Positions 29,601 through 41,600 of a stretch of DNA of 64,000 bases are shown piece after piece; position 1 is the stretch's first letter; each line of letters begins with the position of its first letter. Location: assembly GCF_006345805.1 (NCBI RefSeq), contig NC_043019.1, positions 4,277,360 to 4,341,359 of the forward strand. The letters run 5' to 3'. A program made the position numbers and the translations under genes. The notes under the pieces were generated by a model, which was given only the letters and a program-made list of their open reading frames with translations, did no database searches and was not told the origin of the DNA. This stretch comes from Octopus sinensis (lineage: Eukaryota).

Positions 29601-32600
29601 AAATCCACAATTGTTCATTTTGAGGGCTTGCACTTTCTATGGTCATTCAAAACCATCCAAGGGAGGTCGTGCACATCTTTACATTTACCCAGTCACCCTG
29701 CAAAGCTATTAAAAAAATCAATAGAAGTGACTTTTTTTGTGAATTTTCTATTCAAAACTTAATGAAAATGCCCGAAACTTGATACGCCAATTGAATGCCA
29801 GCTAGCTGTATGTGATTGGTCGGAGATTTGGACAGTACTCACGTGTATGTGCGCACGAACACACAGCTGTATATGCATGCACTAGCACTATGACCCGGCG
29901 TTGCTGGGTCATAGTGCTAGTATATATTATAAAACTATGTTAGTGTTAGGAAATGTGTCAAGTCCAACAGGAAACGGTGTTTCCTAGGGCTAAACAACAG
30001 TAGCATTCTTCCCTTTTATGGGACTGTCACATTAAGTTGACAACATGCTATCATTTTAATTTCTGAATGGTTTTTGCTGCCGTTTCTTTATGTTGTTTGA
30101 TTTCTTTATCCATCAGTTTCTATTAAGATATAGAGATACCCTCTCTATTTTACTCTTCTACTTGTTTCAGTCATTTGGCTGCGGCCATGCTGGAGCACCG
30201 CCTTTAGTCGAGCAACTCGACCCCCGGGACTTATTCTTTTGTAAGCCCAGTACTTATTCTATCGGTCTCTTTTGCTGAACCGCTAAGTAACAGGGACATA
30301 AACACACCAGCATCGGTTGTCAAGCAATGCTAGGGGGACAAACACAGACACACAAACACATCATCATCATCATCATCATCGTTTAACGTCCGTTCTCCAT
30401 GCTAGCATGGGTTGGACGGTTCGACCGGGGATCTGGAAAGCCAGAAGGCTGCACCAGGCTCCAGTCTTATCTGGCAGTGTTTCTACAGCTGGATGCCCTT
30501 CCTAACGCCAACCACTCCGTGAGTGTAGTGGGTGCTTTTTACGTGCCACCTGCACAGGTGCCAGGCGAGGCTGGCAACGGCCACGGTCGGATTGGTGTAT
30601 TTTATGTGCCACCTGCACGGAAGCCAAACGAGGGGGTGCTGGCATCGGCCACGAGTCGGATAGTGCTTTTTACGTACCACCAGACTAGGGATCCTAGCTG
30701 GTTCAATTCGATTTCGATTTCGCTTGCCCCAACATGTCTTCGCAAGCAAGGGGGTTGGCATGGGTGCCTGTCGTACGGTCAGATTGGTGTATTTTACGTG
30801 CCACCGGCACGGAAGCCAGTGGAGGCGGCGCTGGCATCGGCCACGAGTCGGATAGTGCTTTTTACGTACCACCAGACCAGGGATCCTGGCTGGTTCAATT
30901 CGATTTCGATTTCATTTTCGCTTGCCCCAACATGTCTTCGCAAGCAAGGGGGTTGGCATGGGTGCCTGTCGTACGGTCAGATTGGTGTATTTTATGTGCC
31001 ACCGGCACGGAAGCCAGTGGAGGCATCGGCCACGAGTCGGATAATGCTTTTTACGTACCACCAGACCAGGGATCCTGGCTGGTTCAATTCGATTTCGCTT
31101 GCCCCAACATGTCTTCGCAAGCAAGGGGGTTGGCATGGGTGCCTGTCGTACGGTCAGATTGGTGTATTTTACGTGCCACCGGCACGGAAGCCAGTGGAGG
31201 CGGCGCTGGCATCGGCCACGAGTCGGATAGTGCTTTTTACGTACCACCAGACCAGGGATCCTGGCTGGTTCAATTCGATTTCGCTTGCCCCAACATGTCT
31301 TCGCAAGCAAAGGGGGTTGGCATGGGTGCCTGTCGTCGGATGAGGTTCTATATCGACTTCGCTTGCCTCAACAGGTCTTTGTGTCCAAGGTAGGAAAGGC
31401 ATTCATAAGTGGGCTGGGCTCACTTGTCCTGCCTGGTCTTCTCACGTACAGAATATTTCCAAAGGTATATATATACATATATACGACGGGCTTCTTTCAG
31501 TTTCCGTCTACCAAATCCACTCACAAGGCATTGGTCGGCCCAAGGCTATAGTAGAAGACACTCGCCTAAGGTGCGACGCAGTGGGACTTAACCTGGAACC
31601 ATGTGGTTGATAAACAAGCTACTTACCACACAGCCAAAGAGAAACAAAAATAAAACTTTAGGAACAGCCTAAAGGGAGATAACTGAGAAAGACTTGAAAG
31701 TGAATGCAAGATCATAATCATGTAAAGTAAGTGGCTGTGTGGTAAGTAGCTTGCTTATCAACCACATGGTTCCGGGTTCAGTCCCACTGCATGGCACCTT
31801 GGGCAAGAGTCTTCTACTATAGCCTCGGGCCGACCAAAGCCTTGTGAGTGGATTTGGTAGATGGAAACTGAAAGAAGCCCATCGTATATATGTATATATA
31901 TGTATATGTGTCTGTGTGTGTGTCAGTGTTTGTCCCCCCCCCAACATCTTTTGACAACTGATACTGGTGTGTTTGTGTTCCCGTAACTTAGCGGTTCGGC
32001 AAAAAGAGACCGATGGAATAAGTACTAGGCTTACAAAGAATAAGTCCTGGAGTCGCTTTGCTCGACTAAAAAAGGCAGTGCTCCAGCGTGGCCACAGTCA
32101 AATGACTGAAACAAATAAAAGAGTAAAGAGTAAGTACCGCAAATAATCCAGAATCCTTGTCCGGTGTCAGATCGATCCCAAAATCCAATCAGTTTGTGCC
32201 AGTCCTGAGGCCAAACATCCCTGGAAGTTTCATCCGAATCCATCCAGCGATTCTTGAGATATCTTGTCCATGGACAAACAAACGAACAAATACAACTGAA
32301 AACAATACCTCCACCTTTGCTAAGGTGGAGGTAATTATGATCCTTTTGTACTATAGGCAGAAGGCCTGCAATTTTGCAGGCGGGGACTGGTCGATTACAT
32401 CAACCCCAGTATTTCACTGGTATTTAACTTCAGCAGAATTTGAACTTAGGATGTAAAGACAGAGAAAATGCTGCTAAGCATTTCACCCAGCATGGTGACA
32501 TTTCTTCTAGCTCACCACCTTAGTAATAATAATAATGATGAAGATGATGATGATGATGATGACGATGATGACGATGATGATGATGATGATGATGACGATG

Positions 32601-35600
32601 ATGATGATGATGACATTGACGACGATGATGATGACGATGACGATGATGATGATGACGACTATGATGATGATGATGACGATGACGATGATGATGACGATGA
32701 TGATGATGATGACTATGATGATGACGATGATGATGATGATGACGATGATGATGACAATGACGACAACGATAATAATTGCCCTTGTGCAGTACCAGGCAGT
32801 GGCTCTCGTGGCTTCTGATCTTAACTGTATGGAAGTGTTATCATGTACATTGTTTTGTCTTGGTATAAAAGATGGCCTACAGCAAATATTCTGCTCAATA
32901 CCACAGATTTGCTTGTCAGTTGTTTGACCTTAACCAGTTGAGCATGTCCCTTAGTGGCTGACGATATGTGCATCTCTGATCACGAGCAGAAGTAGTTGGG
33001 GAGCATCATAGCCATGTGTTGAGAGAAATTCTTTGGGGTTTGAATAATTCATCCTTGGAAACATATGTGTTTCGTTCAACATCATTAAACAATCCTTATT
33101 CAGGGACCTTTTGAGTGGGATGGGCTACTCGACCTGAAGAAAATTCTAACTGGGCCCCCACCTGCAAGGCCATGTGCTGTTTATCTTGATATGAGATCAC
33201 CATGTTGTAACACTTCCAATCAGTTAAGATCAGAAGCCATGAAGGTATTGGTACTGCATCAGGGCATTATTATTATTATTATTATTATTGTGTCGGTGGC
33301 ACATAAGAAAACACCATCCGAGCATGGCTGTCTGCCAGCCTCGTCTGGCACCTGTGTCGGTGGCACATTAAATCACCCACTACGCTCTCGGAGTGGTTGG
33401 CGTTAGGAAGGGCATCCAGCTGTAGAAACACTGCCAGATCTGACTGGCCTGGTGCAGCCTTCGGGCTTACCAGACCCCAGTTGAACTGTCCAACCCATGC
33501 TAGCATGGAAAGCGGACGTTAAACGATGATGATGATGATTATTATTATTATTATTATACCCTTTCATCCTTTCAGGGTCGATAAATTTAGTACCAGTTGC
33601 ATACTGGGGTCGATCTAATTGACTGCCCCCCCCCTCCCTGAAAATTTCAGGCCTTTTGCCTAGAGTAGAAAAGACTACTACTACTACTACTACTACTATA
33701 AATATGATGGTAAAAATGAGTGAAATGTTGCTAAAGCATTTTGCTTGGCATGTTAATAATTCTGCCAGTTTGCCACCCTCACATGAAATAATAATAACAA
33801 TAATAATGATAATTACAATAATGATAATGATGATAATAATAATGATGATGATAATAACAATAATAATAATAATAATAATAGTAATAATAATGATAATAAT
33901 AATAATAGTAATAATAATAATGATGATGATAATGTTAATGATGACAACAACGGCGACTGCGGCGGTGGTGGTGGTGGTGGTGGTGGTGGTGGTGGTGGTG
34001 GTGGTGACAATGAGGCTGATGATGAGGGCAATGATGATGATGATGATTGTGGTGGCGGTGGCGGGGGGGGGGGCAATGATGATAACAATGACAGTGATGT
34101 TTTCTGTGAAAGCTTTAGTGTTGACCTTTACGAGATTTTATTAGTATCAAGCTAATTATGAAAAAAATGTTTGTTTGTTTTGCAAATTCGCATTATTCAC
34201 TTCCTATAAATAAACGATTCTATTACATCCTGTGCTGACTCAGAAAATATATATCTCCCACTTGATGTAGAATATGTACTTAGACACTGAAGTAGGATTT
34301 GTTCCTCCACAACGCCTCCCCCCCCCGCCCGTGCCCGGCAGGATAAATGTGTTTCCCCACTGATAGTTGCAAACGGGACATGGCTGTGTGGTTAAGGAGC
34401 TCGCTTTACAACCCCTAGGTTTCATGTTCAATCCATCATTCCTGGTATTTTTACCCTCTTCTTCTCTTATATGACCTCCACTCCTTTTTCTTTTTTCTCT
34501 CTCCTTGGACCTACTTAATCCTAGGAGCTAAGACAACGCCATATTTCGAATAGACGTCATCAGTAATGTCATCATTATCATCATCATCATTGTTGTCATC
34601 ATCATTGTCATTATCGTTGTCGTCGTCGTCGTTGTCATTGTCATCGTCGTCATCGTTGTCATCGTCGTCATCGTTGTCATTGTCGTGGTCGTTGTCATCG
34701 TTGTCGTCATCGTCGTCGTTGTCATTGTCATCATTGTCGTCGTCATTGTTGTCGTCATTGTCATCATCGTCATCGTCGTCATCGCTGTCATCATCGTAGT
34801 CGTCATCATCATCATCACTTTCATCATTTGACATCCACTTTCCCATGCTTGCATGACTCAGACGGAATTTATCGCGGCTGGAAATTTCTACTGTCGTCAA
34901 TCCTTGCCTGTTTTCCAAGTAAGGTTAATGTTTCCCCATGGCCAGATATGTTTTTCATGAAAGACTAGAAATGAACAACCTCGCTGGTATGATGGTGACA
35001 TTTGTTTACAGCCATCACATGATGTCAAGACAAAACTATATACAAACACATGCACACATACATGGTGGTTCAGCTGTCTCCAAAAGATGATTACCATCTC
35101 CTTGTGCTTACTTGTTGTCAATGGCATTTCCAACTTTCCATCCATGACCCCTCAGATGATTATGTCCTATAGCAGATCTTTATGGTTTGAAGTCTAGGCA
35201 CAATTCCAGATGGTTAGGTCTGTCACCCTTCTATCACTGTAGCACTTTTAGTTGTTAATAATTCATTCTTTGGCAACTGTTTGTGCTGCCATCTGTGGAT
35301 GCTTTCAGAGTAAAAGACAGAGAGAGAAAGAGAGTTTGCAGAAAAGAGGCAGAAATTTCCCTTAAGGGGAGAACCACTCCTGGCTAATAACCTTTCTTTT
35401 TTGTCTTTATCATTATTACCAGTGAGCTGGCTGACTCGGTGGCACGCTGGGCAAAATGCTTAGTGGCATTTCATCTGTCTTTATGTTCTGAGTTCAAATT
35501 CCACCGAGGTCAACTTTGCCTTTCATCCTTTTGGGGTCAATATATTACGTACAAGTTGATTACTTGAATCGATGTAATCAACTTAACCCCCTTCCACAAA

Positions 35601-38600
35601 ATTGTTGCCCTTGTGGTAAAAATTTGAAACCATTATTGTTATATCGAACGTAAATAATGTAAATAATCAAAATATTTTCGTCGCTTTGAAACTGTGACCT
35701 GTTCGCTGACAAAGAGATGCTGCACGATGTTTCGTCAGTGAAGATGTTGCGGTTTCAAAGCGATGAAAATATTTTGACACATATCTTTATATATAAAAGT
35801 GAAGCTGTGTGTCTCTCCTACGATTTAGATTCCTAACTACTCCCACATTTTGCGGTGTAGTTTAACCAAAAGCGGGTATCTTATAGTCGTGATTCATATC
35901 GAGCCCTTCTGGGTATTAGCACGCGTCTACGATGAGTCTACGATTTAAAAAAAAATTTACCATCATTTTTTCCATTTTAATGCATTTTTTTCGCTATTAT
36001 ATAATAATATATATTATATAAAAATGTCTACGATGAGTCAACGATTTAAAAAAAATTACCATAATTTTTTTTCCATTTTTAATACATTTTTTTGCTAGTT
36101 TTTGGCTATAACTCTCTCAATATGCTTATATAGTTATTTCCCTTACAAACCCGAGCAACGCCGGGCGATACTGCTAGTTAAATTTAAATGTAAAATTTAA
36201 TTTTGACACAAATTAAACTTAAATGTTGAAGTGAATCGAATGGCTTTTGTGTGTTCTTAAATGGCTTATAAACACCTTCCACACTGCAATTGTTTTCGTT
36301 CCAGCACACGATCTCAGATCAGGTCACTTGCTATGCGAGTACATGTCCCTAAATTTAAATGTTGAAGTGAATCTAACGGCTTTTGTGTGTTTCTTAAATG
36401 GCTTACAAACACCTTCCATGCTGCAATTGTTTTCGTTCCAGCACACGATCTCAGATCAGGTCACTTGCTATGCGAGTACATCTCCGTAAATTTAAATGTT
36501 GAAATGAATCTAACGTTTTTTTTTTGTGTGTTCTTAAATGGCTTACAAACATCTTCCACACTGCAATTGTTTTCGTTCCAGCACACGATCTCAGATCAAG
36601 TCACTTGCTATGCGAGTACATCTCTGTAAATTTAAATGTTGAAGTGAATCTAACGGCTTTTGTGTGTTTCTTAAATGGCTTACAAACACCTTCCACGCTG
36701 CAATTGTTTTCGTTCCAGCACACGATCTCAGATCAGGTCACTTGTTATGCGAGTACATCTCTGTAAATTTAAATGTTGAAACTGAATCTAACGGTTTTTT
36801 TTTTGTGTGTTCTTAAACGGCTTACAAACATCTTCCACACTGCAATTGTTTTCGTTCCAGCACACGATCTCAGATCAAGTCACTTGCTATGCGAGTACAT
36901 CTCTGTAAATTTAAATGATGAAGTGAATCAAAGGGCTTTTGTGTGTTTCTTAAACGGCTTACAAACACCTTCCATGCTGCAATTGTTTTCGTTCCAGCAC
37001 ACGATCTCAGATCAGGTCACTTGCTATGCGAGTACATCTCTGTAAATTTAAATGTTAAAGTGAATCTAACGGCTTTTGTGTGTTTCTTAAATGGCTTACA
37101 AACACCTTCCACGCTGCAATTGTTTTCGTTCCAGCACACGATCTCAGATCAAGTCACTTGCTATGCGAGTACATCTCTGTAAATTTAAATGTTGAAATGA
37201 ATCTAACGTTTTTTTTTTGTGTGTTTCTTAAATGGCTTACAAACACCTTCCACGCTGCTTTTGTTTTCGTTCCAGCACACGATCTCAGATCAGGTCACTT
37301 GCTATGCGAGTACATCTCCGTAAATTTAAATGTTGAAGTGAATCAAACGTTTTTTTTTTGTGTGTTTCTTAAATGGCTTACAAACACCTTCCACGCTGCT
37401 TTTGTTTTCGTTCCAGCACACGATATCAGATCAGGTCACTTGCTATGCGAGTACATCTCTGTAAATTTAAATGTTGAAGTGAATCAAACGTTTTTTTTTT
37501 GTGTGTTTCTTAAATGGCTTACAAACACCTTCCACGCTGCTTTTGTTTTCGTTCCAGCACACGATCTCAGATCAGGTCACTTGCTATGCGAGTACATCTC
37601 CGTAAATTTAAATGTTGAAGTGAATCTAACGTTTTTTTTTTGTGTGTTTCTTAAATGGCTTACAAACACCTTCCACGCTGCTTTTGTTTTCGTTCCAGCA
37701 CACGATCTCAGATCAGGTCACTTGCTATGCGAGTACATCTCTGTAAATTTAAATGTTGAAACTGAATCTAACGGTTTTTTTTTTGTGTGTTCATAAACGG
37801 CTTACAAACATCTTCCACACTGCAATTGTTTTCGTTCCAGCACACGATCTCAGATCAAGTCACTTGCTATGCGAGTACATCTCTGTAAATTTAAATGTTG
37901 AAATGAATCTAACGTTTTTTTTTTGTGTGTTCTTAAATGGCTTACAAACATCTTCCACGCTGCAATTGTTTTCGTTCCAGCACACGATCTCAGATCAAGT
38001 CACTTGCTATGCGAGTACATCTCTGTAAATTTAAATGTTGAAACTGAATCTAACGTTTTTTTTTTGTGTGTTCTTAAATGGCTTACAAACATCTTCCACG
38101 CTGCAATTGTTTTCGTTCCAGCACACGATCTCAGATCAAGTCACTTGCTATGCGAGTACATCTCTGTAAATTTAAATGTTGAAACTGAATCTAACGGTTT
38201 TTTTTTGTGTGTTCTTAAATGGCTTACAAACATCTTCCACACTGCAATTGTTTTCGTTCCAGCACACGATCTCAGATCAAGTCACTTGCTATGCGAGTAC
38301 ATCTCTGTAAATTTAAATGTTGAAACTGAATCTAACGGTTTTTTTTTTGTGTGTTTCTTAAATGGCTTACAAACATCTTCCACACTGCAATTGTTTTCGT
38401 TCCAGCACACGATCTCAGATCAAGTCACTTGCTATGCGAGTACATCTCTGTAAATTTAAATGTGTGAACTGAATCTAACGGTTTTTTTTTTGTGTGTTCT
38501 TAAATGGCTTACAAACATCTTCCACACTGCAATTGTTTTCGTTCCAGCACACGATCTCAGATCAAGTCACTTGCTATGCGAGTACATCTCTGTAAATTTA

Positions 38601-41600
38601 AATGTTGAAACTGAATCTAACGGTTTTTTTTTGTGTGTTTCTTAAATGGCTACAAACATCTTCCACACTGCAATTGTTTTCGTTCCAGCACACGATCTCA
38701 GATCAAGTCACTTGCTATGCGAGTACATCTCTGTAAATTAAATGTTGAAACTGAATCTAACGGTTTTTTTTTGTGTGTTTCTTAAATGGCTTACAAACAT
38801 CTTCCACACTGCAATTGTTTTCGTTCCAGCACACGATCTCAGATCAAGTCACTTGCTATGCGAGTACATCTCTGTAAATTTAAATGTTGAAACTGAATCT
38901 AACGGTTTTTTTTTGTGTGTTCTTAAATGGCTTACAAACATCTTCCACACTGCAATTGTTTTCGTTCCAGCACACGATCTCAGATCAAGTCACTTGCTAT
39001 GCGAGTACATCTCTGTAAATTTAAATGTTGAAACTGAATCTAACGGTTTTTTTTTTGTGTGTTTCTTAAATGGCTTACAAACACCTTCCACACTGCAATT
39101 GTTTTCGTTCCAGCACACGATATCAGATCAGGTCACTTGCTATGCGAGTACATCTCTGTAAATTAAAGTTGAAACTGAATCTAACGGTTTTTTTTTTTGT
39201 GTGTTCTTAAATGGCTTACAAACATCTTCCACACTGCAATTGTTTTCGTTCCAGCACACGATCTCAGATCAAGTCACTTGCTATGCGAGTACATCTCTGT
39301 AAATTTAAATGTTGAAACTGAATCTAACGGTTTTTTTTTGTGTGTTCTTAAACGGCTTACAAACATCTTCCACACTGCAATTGTTTTCGTTCCAGCACAC
39401 GATCTCAGATCAGGTCACTTGCTATGCGAGTACATCTCTGTAAATTTAAATGTTGAAACTGAATCTAACGGTTTTTTTTGTGTGTGTTCATAAACGGCTT
39501 ACAAACATCTTCCACACTGCAATTGTTTTCGTTCCAGCACACGATCTCAGATCAGGTCACTTGCTATGCGAGTACATCTCTGTAAATTTAAATGTTGAAA
39601 CTGAATCTAACGGTTTTTTTTTTGTGTGTTCATAAACGGCTTACAAACATCTTCCACACTGCAATTGTTTTCGTTCCAGCACACGATCTCAGATCAGGTC
39701 ACTTGCTATGCGAGTACATCTCCGTAAATTTAAATGTTGAAATGAATCTAACGTTTTTTTTTTTGTGTGTTCTTAAATGGCTTACAAACATCTTCCACGC
39801 TGCAATTGTTTTCGTTCCAGCACACGATCTCAGATCAGGTCACTTGCTATGCGAGTACATCTCCGTAAATTTAAATGTTGAAGTGAATCGAACGTTTTTT
39901 TTTGTGTTCTTAAACGGCTTACAAACATCTTCCACACTGCAATTGTTTTCGTTCCAGCACACGATCTCAGATCAGGTCACTTGCTATGCGAGTACATCTC
40001 TGTAAATTTAAATGTTGAAACTGAATCTAACGGTTTTTTTTTTGTGTGTTCTTAAACGGCTTACAAACATCTTCCACACTGCAATTGTTTTCGTTCCAGC
40101 ACACGATCTCAGATCAGGTCACTTGCTATGCGAGTACATCTCTGTAAATTTAAATGTTGAAATGAATCTAACGGTTTTTTTTTGTGTGTTCTTAAACGGC
40201 TTACAAACATCTTCCACACTGCAATTGTTTTCGTTCCAGCACACGATCTCAGATCAGGTCACTTGCTATGCGAGTACATCTCCGTAAATTTAAATGTTGA
40301 AACTGAATCTAACGGTTTTTTTTTTTGTGTTCTTAAATGGCTTACAAACATCTTCCACGCTGCAATTGTTTTCGTTCCAGCACACGATCTCAGATCAGGT
40401 CACTTGCTATGCGAGTACATCTCCGTAAATTTAAATGTTGAAATGAATCTAACGTTTTTTTTTTTGTGTGTTCTTAAATGGCTTACAAACATCTTCCACA
40501 CTGCAATTGTTTTCGTTCCAGCACACGATCTCAGATCAGGTCACTTGCTATGCGAGTACATCTCTGTAAATTTAAATGTTGAAACTGAATCTAACGGTTT
40601 TTTTTTTGTGTTCTTAAATGGCTTACAAACATCTTCCACACTGAATTGTTTTCGTTCCAGCACACGATCTCAGATCAGGTCACTTGCTATGCGAGTACAT
40701 CTCCGTAAATTAAAATGTTGAAACTGAATCTAACGGTTTTTTTTTTGTGTTCTTAAACGGCTTACAAACATCTTCCACGCTGCAATTGTTTTCGTTCCAG
40801 CACACGATCTCAGATCAGGTCACTTGCTATGCGAGTACATCTCTGTAAATTTAAATGTTGAAATGAATCTAACGGTTTTTTTTTTGTGTGTTCTTAAACG
40901 GCTTACAAACATCTTCCACACTGCAATTGTTTTCGTTCCAGCACACGATCTCAGATCAGGTCACTTGCTATGCGAGTACATCTCCGTAAATTTAAATGTT
41001 GAAACTGAATCTAACGGTTTTTTTTTTGTGTGTTCTTAAATGGCTTACAAACATCTTCCACACTGCAATTGTTTTCGTTCCAGCACACGATCTCAGATCA
41101 GGTCACTTGCTATGCGAGTACATCTCCGTAATTTAAATGTTGAAATGAATCTAACGTTTTTTTTTTTGTGTTGTTCTTAAATGGCTTACAAACATCTTCC
41201 ACACTGCAATTGTTTTCGTTCCAGCACACGATCTCAGATCAGGTCACTTGCTATGCGAGTACATCTCTGTAAATTTAAATGTTGAAACTGAATCTAACGG
41301 TTTTTTTTTTTGTGTTCTTAAATGGCTTACAAACATCTTCCACACTCTTCCAACTGATTGTTTTCGTTCCAGCACACGATCTCAGATCAGGTCACTTGCT
41401 ATGCGAGTACATCTCCGTAAATTAAAATGTTGAAACTGAATCTAACGGTTTTTTTTTTGTGTTCTTAAACGGCTTACAAACATCTTCCACGCTGCAATTG
41501 TTTTCGTTCCAGCACACGATCTCAGATCAGGTCACTTGCTATGCGAGTACATCTCCGTAAATTAAAATGTTGAAACTGAATCTAACGGTTTTTTTTTTGT

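Noticed and set aside
30399-31551. ORFs of 314, 219 and 132 aa
   Set aside because: They arise from tandem ~175-bp units of a GC-richer RTE-tailed repeat, are open in several frames and on both strands, and show no domain motifs.
34525-34570. Minus-strand CTGATGA...GAAAT resembling a hammerhead
   Set aside because: The intervening CGTCTATTC cannot form stem II, position 17 would be G, and there is no stem I.
32468-34918. Poly-D, poly-M and poly-T ORFs
   Set aside because: Trinucleotide microsatellite artefacts.
36247-41433. Repetitive ORFs up to 238 aa, and a possible CRISPR-like array
   Set aside because: Chance open frames in a tandem satellite. Units are contiguous near-identical repeats with no unique spacers, in a eukaryotic context.
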